From a virus (lineage: Duplodnaviria > Caudoviricetes): DNA of 52,814 nucleotides. Location: IMG/VR virus record IMGVR_UViG_3300025151_000048, positions 1-52,814 of that record. One strand, given 5' to 3'. The notes below the pieces were generated by a model. The model was not told the origin of the DNA. It made no database searches and saw only the letters and a program-made list of their open reading frames with translations. Below, piece after piece: positions 41,733-49,453 of this stretch (within the stretch, counting starts at the first letter, position 1; the number at the start of each line of letters is the position of its first letter). Both the position numbers and the translations under genes were made by a program.

Positions 41733-42197
41733 TTATCCTTTAGCTACCTTTTTTGCAGCTTTTTTGCCAGCTCTAGCTATTTTACGCTTTGCTTTTCTTT
41801 CTGCTCTTCTTTTTAGTTTTTCAACTTTTGGATTTGGTGATGCACCAGTTTCTGGATCAGGCACACCATACCCACCAGCTTTTTCAATTTTATCTTCAAG
41901 CCACATTTCTACATCTTTACTTGCTTCAAACTCAGCTGTTTCTACAGGGTCTACACCTAGTTGTTTTACTGGGCTTCCTGTTGCATTTCCGCCACCCGAT
42001 CCATCTAGTGGAGATTTTGGTGAATTATTAAATAAGTATGATTCAGGTTTAGTTGCTATAGGCATATTTCCAGCAGGAGTAGTTACAACACCACCTTCTG
42101 CTTTAATATTTTGCTCACCCTCACCTTGGCCAATACCAGACATAGCCGACCTTACTCTCATTGTTATCGGTATATTTGCTGTTCCTTTTGTTCCCAT
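41733..42197 (-). CDS. Putative internal virion protein (SPVKQ motif, basic tail)
   Basis: 154 aa, low complexity, Lys/Ala-rich C-terminus. Confidence 0.55.
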   Translation of the reverse strand: MGTKGTANIPITMRVRSAMSGIGQGEGEQNIKAEGGVVTTPAGNMPIATKPESYLFNNSPKSPLDGSGGGNATGSPVKQLGVDPVETAEFEASKDVEMWLEDKIEKAGGYGVPDPETGASPNPKVEKLKRRAERKAKRKIARAGKKAAKKVAKG

Positions 42198-42215
42198 GTT
42201 ATTTATTGTTAATTT

Positions 42216-43034
42216 TTAATTTATAGTATGCGGTGGGTTAACACCTTTTTTGTTAAAATAGTTTTCTCTTTCTTCTTTACTCATCGAAGCCCATTTTGCT
42301 AATCCTAGCCCACCAGCTGGGAAAAGATAATTGTGCTCTCTATGAGGGCCACTATAATATGCTTTCATTGCATCTTGATCTTTAATACTAGGAATATCCC
42401 CACTACCCTTTAAACTATCTGTAACTCTGCGCATTTCAGAAAGATAGTTTTGTGTAAGTTTATAATCATAAGGGCCAGTGTGAAAAAATTCTTCTTCTGA
42501 CATTTCTTCACCCTCTATTTTTTTTTTAGTTTCACCGTCATCAGCTACTAAATACTCATCACCTCCTATAAACTTATTTTTTTTTTTAACTTGTTTAATA
42601 GGGGCAGTACCACCTGTTTGTAATTCTGGTTTTGGTTTTGTAATATTTTCAACAAAATTTTGCGCCGCATCACCAACTTTTGACATTACTGATTTAACTT
42701 TTGGATGCTTTGATACTGCAACTAAAGCGGGACCTGCTACACCGAATGCTGCTCCTTTTAGGAAAGTTGATGCTGCATTTTTCCAGCCATTAGCTTTTTC
42801 AGTAACTGGTTTAACAGTAGTAGTTTCATCTTGTTTCCAATTTCTCCTTGTATACTCATCTCTTCTTTCTTGAGTATTTAAAGGATAGTCCTTCATTTTT
42901 TTAGCCTTAACCTTAGGTTTAGACCTTATATCTTTAAATGTTTGTAGCAATGGAGACGGTACAGGAAGAGCCGTTGGGCTTTCGTCTAGTTGTTTAGTCG
43001 CAGCTACATTTTTATGTGGTTGTTGATAAGCCAT
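42216..43034 (-). CDS. Putative internal virion protein (ATKQ/SPLLQ/APIKQ motifs)
   Basis: 272 aa; three motif-like copies. Confidence 0.55.
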   Translation of the reverse strand: MAYQQPHKNVAATKQLDESPTALPVPSPLLQTFKDIRSKPKVKAKKMKDYPLNTQERRDEYTRRNWKQDETTTVKPVTEKANGWKNAASTFLKGAAFGVAGPALVAVSKHPKVKSVMSKVGDAAQNFVENITKPKPELQTGGTAPIKQVKKKNKFIGGDEYLVADDGETKKKIEGEEMSEEEFFHTGPYDYKLTQNYLSEMRRVTDSLKGSGDIPSIKDQDAMKAYYSGPHREHNYLFPAGGLGLAKWASMSKEERENYFNKKGVNPPHTIN

Positions 43035-43053
43035 GATTAATTAGTTTTATTTG

Positions 43054-43419
43054 TTATCCTTTAGTCCAGTAAGCATACTCAAGCACAGCTGTACCAGCAG
43101 CTGATTTAGCTCTAACCCCTTGAGCTGCTTTTATTGGGAAAAAGCATATTTCGGTAGGGCTTAAATCTGAAAACGCCTGCGTTCCATTTATTGTCTCTAA
43201 AACAACTGTCTGAGTTGAATCAGTGTTTTTAGCATAAAAATACACTATATCAGTTGATGACGTAGGAACTAAGTTTGTTGCAGCTGTTGTTAAAACAGCA
43301 TTTGATATACCAACAGAAGGATTAGTAGTTGTCAAAGTATCAGTTACAGATAAACCTAAAGTTTCGTTTGCTGAAACAGTTGTACTATCTAATGTTAATT
43401 TTGCAGTTATTGTTGCCAT
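43054..43419 (-). CDS. Small beta-rich structural protein (possible capsid decoration)
   Basis: 121 aa, Thr/Ala-rich; YFYAKNTD..LSPTEICFFP..LEY pattern. Confidence 0.5.
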   Translation of the reverse strand: MATITAKLTLDSTTVSANETLGLSVTDTLTTTNPSVGISNAVLTTAATNLVPTSSTDIVYFYAKNTDSTQTVVLETINGTQAFSDLSPTEICFFPIKAAQGVRAKSAAGTAVLEYAYWTKG

Positions 43420-43438
43420 TTGTTTGTTTGTTTATTAT

Positions 43439-43879
43439 TTATCTATCTTTATCTTTAATCATATCATCTATAGCTTTATTATAAACTTTGTCTGTATATG
43501 ATTTATTATTATAAAATGTGTTTCGCTCGCTAGTAGGCAAATCTTCCTCAGCAAGTAATATTTTGTATATCCTAGTGATTAATTGTTTACACCGGAAGGA
43601 TGTTTTGTAAACAGTATATTTAATTGAAGTTCTATTGCGGTGGCGCCATACATCTATCCAACCTTCTCTACGAAGCCTTTCCCATCGGTTTTTATCCCAT
43701 GAATATGTATATACGCCATCTATAAAATCATTACGCGTAAAATGGGTTTTACAATCTAAATAGATAAGTAATTCCAAATCCGCGTCTTTTAGGCCATAAG
43801 TTTTACAGGCCCATTTTCTAACGAGCCTATAATACTTAAGTAATTTTATATCTTTTATATCTTGTGCAGAGAGCTTCAT
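43439..43879 (-). CDS. Putative winged-helix DNA-binding protein
   Basis: 146 aa; YGLKDADLELLIYL...RLRREGWIDVW...YKTS resembles a MarR-like wHTH. Confidence 0.5.
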   Translation of the reverse strand: MKLSAQDIKDIKLLKYYRLVRKWACKTYGLKDADLELLIYLDCKTHFTRNDFIDGVYTYSWDKNRWERLRREGWIDVWRHRNRTSIKYTVYKTSFRCKQLITRIYKILLAEEDLPTSERNTFYNNKSYTDKVYNKAIDDMIKDKDR

Positions 43880-44133
43880 TCTACCAATACTACATCTCCT
43901 AAATTTATAACTGTGTATAATTTATCTTTATAGGAAATACCATGACCAGCATGTTTGTCGTAAAAGATAATATCGTCTTTACTAACTCCCAGTACTTTGT
44001 CACCCACGCTAATAACTTTAGCTTTTTTGTACCTAACCTCAGTATCTTTAGCTTCTGCTATAACGAGGCCGCCAACTTCTCTTGGCTCCTCTTTTATCTT
44101 TTCTATTATTATATAGTAGTTTATTGCCTTCAT
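43876..44133 (-). CDS. groES: Co-chaperonin GroES
   Basis: Mobile loop VGGLVIA, KAKVISVG, DIIFYDKHAG, DVVLVE; start moved to 44133 (ATGA overlap with the groEL stop). Confidence 0.9.
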   Translation of the reverse strand: MKAINYYIIIEKIKEEPREVGGLVIAEAKDTEVRYKKAKVISVGDKVLGVSKDDIIFYDKHAGHGISYKDKLYTVINLGDVVLVE

Positions 44134-45695
44134 TCTTCTCTTACATTTGAAATTACACAATCTGCAGAGATAATTGTTTTTGCAACAGATACCGCATTTT
44201 TCAATGCTGACTTGGTAACTAATAGCGGATCGATAATACCTGCTTTAATCATATTCTTAGTACAACCACAAGTTACATCAATTCCTGTTCCCTCTTCATA
44301 AGTATGTTTTGCTCTTTCAGCCATATTAGCATTTTCTAATACTTTTATAAATGGGGCTTGAATTGCATTTATTAATATAGTCTCTCCTCCTCCTTTATGG
44401 AATTCTATCCTTTCAGCAGCATTTAATAGTGCAACACCACCGCCTGGGACTATACCTTCTTCAATTGCAGCTTTTGTCGCATATAAAGCATCTTCTACTC
44501 TATCTTTTTTCTCTTTTAACTCAACTTTTGAGTATGCACCTACTTTTATAATACCAACTAAGCCAGAAAGCATAGCCAATCTTTTTTGATGTAGGCCTTT
44601 CCAAAATTTATCTTTGGTTTCCTTGATCTTTTTTTCTACTACTTTGATCCTTTCTTCAAAAAGCTTAGGATCTTTGTCTACAGTAAGCACAGTAGATTTT
44701 TTATCTGTTACAGATTTTTTAGCTCTACCTAAAACATCAGGGCTAATCATGTCCATATCGTCGCCAAGTTCCTCATCGATAATTTTTGCACCCGTTAATA
44801 GTGATAAATCTTCTAAAGTATCTCTTTTTGATGGGCCAAATCCTGGAACATCTATAACATTTACCTTAATATTGCCTTTTACCTTGTTCATTAGCAAAGT
44901 TGCAAAAGGTTGTTGCTCTAATTCTGCAATTATAAGCAGTGATTCTTTAGATTTTACTATAAATTCCAAAATACTTTGTATTTTACGTACATTTTGGATG
45001 GGAGAATTTACAATTAATATATATGGATTGTCTAAAATTGCTTTATGCTTGTCTTTATCAGTAATTAAATGGGGAGATTTTAATTTACAGTCAGAAAGCT
45101 CAACACCATCTACAATTTCGATGTGATCTTGCTCAGTTTCTGAGGTTTCCATTAAAACTACGCCATTTTTACCTACTTTTCCGTAAGCTTCTGCAATTAA
45201 ATCGCCCAATTTTTCGTCATTATTACAAGAAATTCTTGCAACATGCTTAATCATCTTCTCATCTGCGGGTTTTTTAATTTTTTCTAGGTATTCTAGTACC
45301 TTTTCTAAAGAAAAATCTATGCCTTTTTTGATATGTCTAATATCTTCGAAGCCATCATACTCTTCATATTCTTTTAAAATGGAGTGAGCAAGGATAGTAG
45401 CCGTAGTGGTACCATCCCCTGCTTCTTCCACTGTATTACTAGCAGCTTCTTTTATTAAAGTAGCTCCTATATGTTCGACCGGGTCTCTTAAGACTACGCT
45501 TTCCGCAACGGTTACTCCGTCTTTTGTAATTACCGGCCGACCCATGGTGTCTTCATAAACAACACATCTTCCCGATGCTCCTAATGTTGAGCCAACTGCT
45601 TTGGCTAACTTAGTAACACCGTTCATGATTTTTTTCCTAGCCTTTTTATTAAAGCTAAGATCTTTAACTATATTGTTAGGGTTATTATAATTCAT
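44130..45695 (-). CDS. groEL: Chaperonin GroEL
   Basis: ITKDGVTVA, AGDGTTTAT, KEKKDRVEDAL, EEGIVPGGG, AGIIDP; no GGM tail. Confidence 0.97.
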   Translation of the reverse strand: MNYNNPNNIVKDLSFNKKARKKIMNGVTKLAKAVGSTLGASGRCVVYEDTMGRPVITKDGVTVAESVVLRDPVEHIGATLIKEAASNTVEEAGDGTTTATILAHSILKEYEEYDGFEDIRHIKKGIDFSLEKVLEYLEKIKKPADEKMIKHVARISCNNDEKLGDLIAEAYGKVGKNGVVLMETSETEQDHIEIVDGVELSDCKLKSPHLITDKDKHKAILDNPYILIVNSPIQNVRKIQSILEFIVKSKESLLIIAELEQQPFATLLMNKVKGNIKVNVIDVPGFGPSKRDTLEDLSLLTGAKIIDEELGDDMDMISPDVLGRAKKSVTDKKSTVLTVDKDPKLFEERIKVVEKKIKETKDKFWKGLHQKRLAMLSGLVGIIKVGAYSKVELKEKKDRVEDALYATKAAIEEGIVPGGGVALLNAAERIEFHKGGGETILINAIQAPFIKVLENANMAERAKHTYEEGTGIDVTCGCTKNMIKAGIIDPLLVTKSALKNAVSVAKTIISADCVISNVREE

Positions 45696-45722
45696 TATAT
45701 TAAATTGTATTTATGTGGTTTA

Positions 45723-46010
45723 TTAAAATGTTTTTACTACTGTAGGCCCTTTTAAATAATCTAATTTCCTTTTGTAGTGTTCTACTGATCCATCAATAGC
45801 GGCTTCTGCGCCTTCTACTGTTTCTCTACGTGTAACATCGTGCCATAAATCTTCTTTTTCTAGATCTTTGTACTCTGTTTGGTAAAATCCATTTGGTAAT
45901 TGGGTTATTCTCCAGTTTTTCTTTTCTGAAATATGTTTCCAACCATTAATGGTTTCATCGGATACTTGTGGTTGACTAGTCCACGTTCTAGTCGAATAAA
46001 ATAGTGTCAT
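45723..46010 (-). CDS. Hypothetical protein
   Basis: 95 aa, co-oriented ORF upstream of groEL. Confidence 0.65.
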   Translation of the reverse strand: MTLFYSTRTWTSQPQVSDETINGWKHISEKKNWRITQLPNGFYQTEYKDLEKEDLWHDVTRRETVEGAEAAIDGSVEHYKRKLDYLKGPTVVKTF

Positions 46011-46034
46011 TGGTTTTGGTTTTAATGATTAATA

Positions 46035-46074
46035 AAAAATAGATATAAGGCGCCAATTAAGACGCCCTAATCTA
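46035..46074 (-). terminator. Rho-independent terminator
   Basis: Minus strand TAGAT-TAGGGCGTC-TTAATT-GGCGCCTTA-TATCTA followed by a T run. Confidence 0.65.
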
Positions 46075-46089
46075 AAAAGGTTTTGTAAC

Positions 46090-46395
46090 TTACGATACAA
46101 CTACTGCTGAAGGATCTATTGAGTCAGTATCAATATCTACTGCTACTAACTTTAGTTCTGAATCAGCCATTAGCGTATTATAAGCGGTTTGAAAAGCTTC
46201 GATAGCTTTCCAGTCTGCTACTCCAGCAACTGTAATACTTACTAGTCTACCACCACTGTTACTACATGTAACTGTAGTTGCATTATGCAAAGACTGCCCA
46301 AAATTAGTTGTACTATCTACTGATAAATAGTGCGTATAAGATTGACCACTTGCTAAAACTGTAAAGGATAATTGCTTTTTTCCGTAATTTGCCAT
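46090..46395 (-). CDS. Hypothetical protein
   Basis: 101 aa, A-rich start, followed by a terminator. Confidence 0.6.
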   Translation of the reverse strand: MANYGKKQLSFTVLASGQSYTHYLSVDSTTNFGQSLHNATTVTCSNSGGRLVSITVAGVADWKAIEAFQTAYNTLMADSELKLVAVDIDTDSIDPSAVVVS

Positions 46396-46455
46396 GATTA
46401 ATTGTTTTATGTATTATGTATTTGTTTTTGGGTATATCGAATAAGGTATTTGGTG

Positions 46456-46686
46456 TCAGTAACCATAAGAGCTACTAGTATTTTCGTTTTTGGTACCACC
46501 TTCGCCACCACCCCTATTTTTCGATGCTGGTATACACTTTCGTGTGCGATGGTCATAGTCATATCCTTTGCGGCAGTTTTGCTTCTGTGCATCTCTTTTC
46601 TTTCTCTTACCCCATTCGCTCATGGCATAGGCTTTGTCGCGTGCGTCCTTAGCTCTACGTGCTGCCGGAGATAATTTCTGTCCCAT
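46456..46686 (-). CDS. Small basic protein with minimal HNH-like motif
   Basis: 76 aa; KGYDYDH...IPASKNRGG; first gene of the late arm. Confidence 0.5.
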   Translation of the reverse strand: MGQKLSPAARRAKDARDKAYAMSEWGKRKKRDAQKQNCRKGYDYDHRTRKCIPASKNRGGGEGGTKNENTSSSYGY

Positions 46687-46692
46687 ATCTAT

Positions 46693-46721
46693 TAATATTA
46701 CATAAGTTTGTAGAAAGTTAA
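46693..46721 (-). promoter_or_regulatory. Candidate late promoter TTA-N17-GTAATAWTA
   Basis: Third copy of the motif, 6 nt before the first late-arm ATG. Confidence 0.5.
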
Positions 46722-46725
46722 GAAA

Positions 46726-46843
46726 GTGACGCTAGCCTTATATTATATATATACTTATCCTATATATTATACGAAGTATAATATTATAAGGGCGTAAGGT
46801 GACACTAGGGTATTACTTATATACATTATATACCTAACGTCAC
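46726..46843. repeat. GTGACRYTAGS boxes (46726, 46799, inverted 46833-46843) and a perfect hairpin at 46764-46784
   Basis: GTGACGCTAGC, GTGACACTAGG, reverse-complement GTGACGTTAGG; ATATTATAC-GAA-GTATAATAT. Confidence 0.65.
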
Positions 46844-47095
46844 ATATATTGGGAGTTTGGGTTACTCTTCTCTATATACCCTATCCCCTTCAACACAAAG
46901 TCATTTCTTTTAACCCACCCCCCTTATCTTTATTTCTTTCCGTCCTCAACCTCAGTCGTTTCCGTGTATAGCATTATTACCTTGTCAACCTAGTTGTCTC
47001 TGTCTTCATCCTCGTCTTACACGGTTTATCCAGACATTCGACACTTTGTCATGACACAACGTCACACGATGTATAGCATTTCTACATTCACTAAC

Positions 47096-47127
47096 TACAT
47101 TTCATTTGCGAATAGTAATTGATAATA
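47096..47127 (+). promoter_or_regulatory. Early promoter-like motif TACA-N7-TGCG-N10-GATAATA (copy 1)
   Basis: Five copies with identical spacing, each just upstream of a plus-strand gene. Confidence 0.75.
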
Positions 47128-47153
47128 ATAATGTAACAAATAAATAATAAAGT

Positions 47154-47405
47154 ATGATATTAGTAAATGTAAGTAAGAGAGGTACATTAAAATTCCAACT
47201 AAAAGATGGTAGACATGTATTGAGTTATAATTCTGGATATGTCAGAATGGATAGTGGTAGAAGTGATAGACTTTACCAACTAAATAAAGTAAGAAGAATT
47301 GAATTTCCAAATAGTACTTTTTATACATATGAAAGAGTTTTAATTCCTTGTCCTAAACAAAGATATAAATACCTATTAAACTTTGAAATGAGAAATTGTA
47401 AATAA
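47154..47405 (+). CDS. Early hypothetical protein
   Basis: 83 aa ORF after promoter motif. Confidence 0.65.
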   Translation: MILVNVSKRGTLKFQLKDGRHVLSYNSGYVRMDSGRSDRLYQLNKVRRIEFPNSTFYTYERVLIPCPKQRYKYLLNFEMRNCK

Positions 47406-47407
47406 TT

Positions 47408-47451
47408 TACATTTGTAAACATTGAGAGTTAGAGGTATACATATGTAAACA
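47408..47451. repeat. Palindromic direct repeat TACATWTGTAAACA x2 (candidate operator)
   Basis: 47408-47421 and 47438-47451, 30 bp period; extra GTAAACA at 47461. Confidence 0.55.
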
Positions 47452-47480
47452 AATTAGTAAGTAAACAAAATTACTACTTT

Positions 47481-47512
47481 TACAAACCAAATGCGAACTA
47501 AATAAGATAATA
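47481..47512 (+). promoter_or_regulatory. Early promoter-like motif (copy 2)
   Basis: TACA-aaccaaa-TGCG-aactaaataa-GATAATA. Confidence 0.75.
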
Positions 47513-47542
47513 ATAATAAATAAGTAAATTAAATCTAAAGTT

Positions 47543-47848
47543 ATGAAAACTAAACAATTAAGTAAGACAATTGCTAAACTGTCTCAAAAAGAATTAGCAG
47601 AAATTTTCCCGCCAATTACAAGAAAAAACTTTGTTGTAAGAAAATCTTGGCTAGGTAGAAACCAGATTATAACATTTGTTAACAATAAAAACGTTAAAAT
47701 CACTTATAATCATGATGAAGTTTTAAAGGTAATGTTGCCAAAACTAAACATAATGCCTTGCTGGATTAAGCGTGGTTATTGGAGTCAATCAACTGACATG
47801 CCAACTAATGTTAGAGATATTGTACTTGACAGAGTAGAATTATCTTAA
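47543..47848 (+). CDS. Early hypothetical protein
   Basis: 101 aa ORF after promoter motif. Confidence 0.7.
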   Translation: MKTKQLSKTIAKLSQKELAEIFPPITRKNFVVRKSWLGRNQIITFVNNKNVKITYNHDEVLKVMLPKLNIMPCWIKRGYWSQSTDMPTNVRDIVLDRVELS

Positions 47849-47854
47849 AACAAC

Positions 47855-47900
47855 TGATATGACGGTCTTTAGGTGAGTTCGATTCTCACCATATCAACTA
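47855..47900 (+). ncRNA. Miniature tRNA-like element (acceptor stem + T-arm only)
   Basis: TGATATG/CATATCA 7 bp, 11 nt linker, GTGAG-TTCGATT-CTCAC, then A-CTA; intergenic. Confidence 0.65.
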
Positions 47901-47919
47901 ACAATTAAAATTAAATAAA

Positions 47920-48054
47920 ATGAAAAGAAAATTTCAACACTATGTGATTACTACATTTTTAGTGTCACTGGCAACACTGGCTTTATCAGGAATTATAATG
48001 ATTTCTTATCACCTAATGTTTAACAACCCAACAATAACTTTTGGAGGATGGTAA
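47920..48054 (+). CDS. 44 aa single-TM membrane peptide (not in ORF track)
   Basis: MKRKFQHYVITTFLVSLATLALSGIIMISYHLMFNNPTITFGGW; A-rich start. Confidence 0.65.
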   Translation: MKRKFQHYVITTFLVSLATLALSGIIMISYHLMFNNPTITFGGW

Positions 48055-48320
48055 GAAATGAATATAATGGGTGGACAAATTATGCCACGTGGAGAGTAAA
48101 TTTAGAGATATTTGATAATTACCAATGGGACGATGAAGAAATTAAGAATCTAACGGTTGATTATCTTGAAGAAATGATAGAAAACTACGTATTTGACCAT
48201 CATGGTGATATGGGATTAATGGAAAGTTATGCAAGAGCATTTTTAAGTGAAGTAAATTATTACGAAATAAAACAAGAAATATTAGAAGATTATGAAAATG
48301 AAAAAAAATATAATAGATGA
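48048..48320 (+). CDS. Phage hypothetical protein (NGWTNYxTW motif)
   Basis: 90 aa; YNGWTNYATWRVNL. Confidence 0.7.
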   Translation: MVRNEYNGWTNYATWRVNLEIFDNYQWDDEEIKNLTVDYLEEMIENYVFDHHGDMGLMESYARAFLSEVNYYEIKQEILEDYENEKKYNR

Positions 48321-48612
48321 AATGGTGTTTGACACCAAAAATGACAGATGGATATTCTTAAGTGACCTAGATTCTGGTGAATTTGAATATAATAATAAAT
48401 TGGTGAAAGTATTTACTACTGATAGAGGATATAAATTTTTCCAAACTAATTGGGGAAATACTCAAATATCTTCAATATCTTGGCAAAATTGTAAAGATAT
48501 TATTAAAGATAGAACAGAAAATGCAGAACATTATGCAAAATTAGAACAATTAAGTTCAGATACTCTTGCAGAAATGTATAAAAATAACCATAATAACTGG
48601 ACAGGAGATTAA
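48292..48612 (+). CDS. Early hypothetical protein
   Basis: 106 aa ORF overlapping the upstream gene. Confidence 0.6.
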   Translation: MKMKKNIIDEMVFDTKNDRWIFLSDLDSGEFEYNNKLVKVFTTDRGYKFFQTNWGNTQISSISWQNCKDIIKDRTENAEHYAKLEQLSSDTLAEMYKNNHNNWTGD

Positions 48613-48615
48613 AAT

Positions 48616-48741
48616 ATGAAAAGAGATTTATATAGATTTGCAAAAGCAAGAAAATACGGTGAAAGAATTATATTGTGGGAAGACGAATGGTATAGAAAAT
48701 ACAATAAAAATTACAATGTAAGTGCGAAACTAAATGGATAA
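48616..48741 (+). CDS. 41 aa hypothetical peptide (not in ORF track)
   Basis: MKRDLYRFAKARKYGERIILWEDEWYRKYNKNYNVSAKLNG; fills the gap. Confidence 0.5.
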   Translation: MKRDLYRFAKARKYGERIILWEDEWYRKYNKNYNVSAKLNG

Positions 48742-48743
48742 TA
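48712..48743 (+). promoter_or_regulatory. Early promoter-like motif (copy 3)
   Basis: TACA-atgtaag-TGCG-aaactaaatg-GATAATA. Confidence 0.75.
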
Positions 48744-48750
48744 TAATTGT

Positions 48751-48939
48751 ATGAGATGTAAATGTAAAAATATAATTCCACAAGGTAGATTGCGATTAGG
48801 TTATAAAACTTGTGTAAATTGTTCAACAGTAGAAATGCATAGTTATATACCTATAATAGCAAATAAACAAATACAAGAATTGCAAATAGTTTCGCCATCA
48901 CTATCTGCGTTAGTACATAAATCATGGCGTAGAAAATAG
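48751..48939 (+). CDS. DksA/TraR-like C4 zinc-finger protein
   Basis: CKC..IPQGRL..GYKTCVNCS resembles C..C...IP..RL......C..C. Confidence 0.6.
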   Translation: MRCKCKNIIPQGRLRLGYKTCVNCSTVEMHSYIPIIANKQIQELQIVSPSLSALVHKSWRRK

Positions 48940-48943
48940 AGAA

Positions 48944-49060
48944 ATGATACAATTAATATTAAGTGACATTAGGTTTTTAATACTACAGTATAAAGACGGT
49001 AAAATAGAAATAAAAGAATTATTAAATAAATTAGAAGAATTAATAAATGAATACAATTAA
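48944..49060 (+). CDS. 38 aa hypothetical peptide (not in ORF track)
   Basis: MIQLILSDIRFLILQYKDGKIEIKELLNKLEELINEYN; fills the gap. Confidence 0.45.
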   Translation: MIQLILSDIRFLILQYKDGKIEIKELLNKLEELINEYN

Positions 49061-49247
49061 ATTTACAAGTAAAACAACATTAAAATTAAATGGTGTTGAG
49101 TATGGTGGATATGAATTAGGTGAAATACCACCAAGTTTTGGATACAAAGAAAAATTTGATGGCGTGAATGAACACGGTGAAGACAAATTTAAATATGGTA
49201 TTAACCAATGGTTTAATTATAAAGGATTAACATGGGTAATAAAGTAA
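49047..49247 (+). CDS. Early hypothetical protein
   Basis: 66 aa ORF. Confidence 0.65.
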   Translation: MNTIKFTSKTTLKLNGVEYGGYELGEIPPSFGYKEKFDGVNEHGEDKFKYGINQWFNYKGLTWVIK

Positions 49248-49453
49248 TAAAAGTAATACAATATGTCTTAGTAGGTGGAATATGTTTTATATTAGGTATA
49301 TTTTATACATTTTATAAAATTGACCAAAGAGTATGGGACGAAACCATTAATAAAGCATGGGACATAGAAAATAGAGCAATGAATTTTCCAGAGAAATCTT
49401 GTTATAATTGGCAAGATATTGAACTAATAATCTTTGGTGAAATACAAGAATAA
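49232..49453 (+). CDS. Small membrane-anchored protein
   Basis: 73 aa with an N-terminal hydrophobic helix. Confidence 0.6.
   Translation: MGNKVIKVIQYVLVGGICFILGIFYTFYKIDQRVWDETINKAWDIENRAMNFPEKSCYNWQDIELIIFGEIQE

Noticed and set aside
235-45126. Many plus-strand ORFs (and a few alternate-frame minus ORFs) of 60-170 aa in the late arm
   Set aside because: They are shadows fully overlapping long, motif-bearing minus-strand genes and have Phe/Ser/Leu-biased, non-protein-like composition
46402-46674. ORFs 46402-46674 (+) and 46407-46592 (-)
   Set aside because: They overlap the better-supported 46456-46686 gene, which has the promoter motif directly upstream
46766-46777. ATTATACGAAGT matches part of a loxP arm
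   Set aside because: No second arm at the 8 bp spacing and no recombinase in the window; better explained as part of a local hairpin
46878-46923. Possible G-quadruplex on the minus strand (GGGGGG, GGG, GGGG, GGG tracts)
   Set aside because: One loop is about 25 nt and there is no independent support; mentioned only as strand asymmetry
47408-47415. TACATTTG as a Bacteroidota -7 promoter element
   Set aside because: Single instance within a palindromic repeat whose second copy breaks the consensus; not found before other early genes
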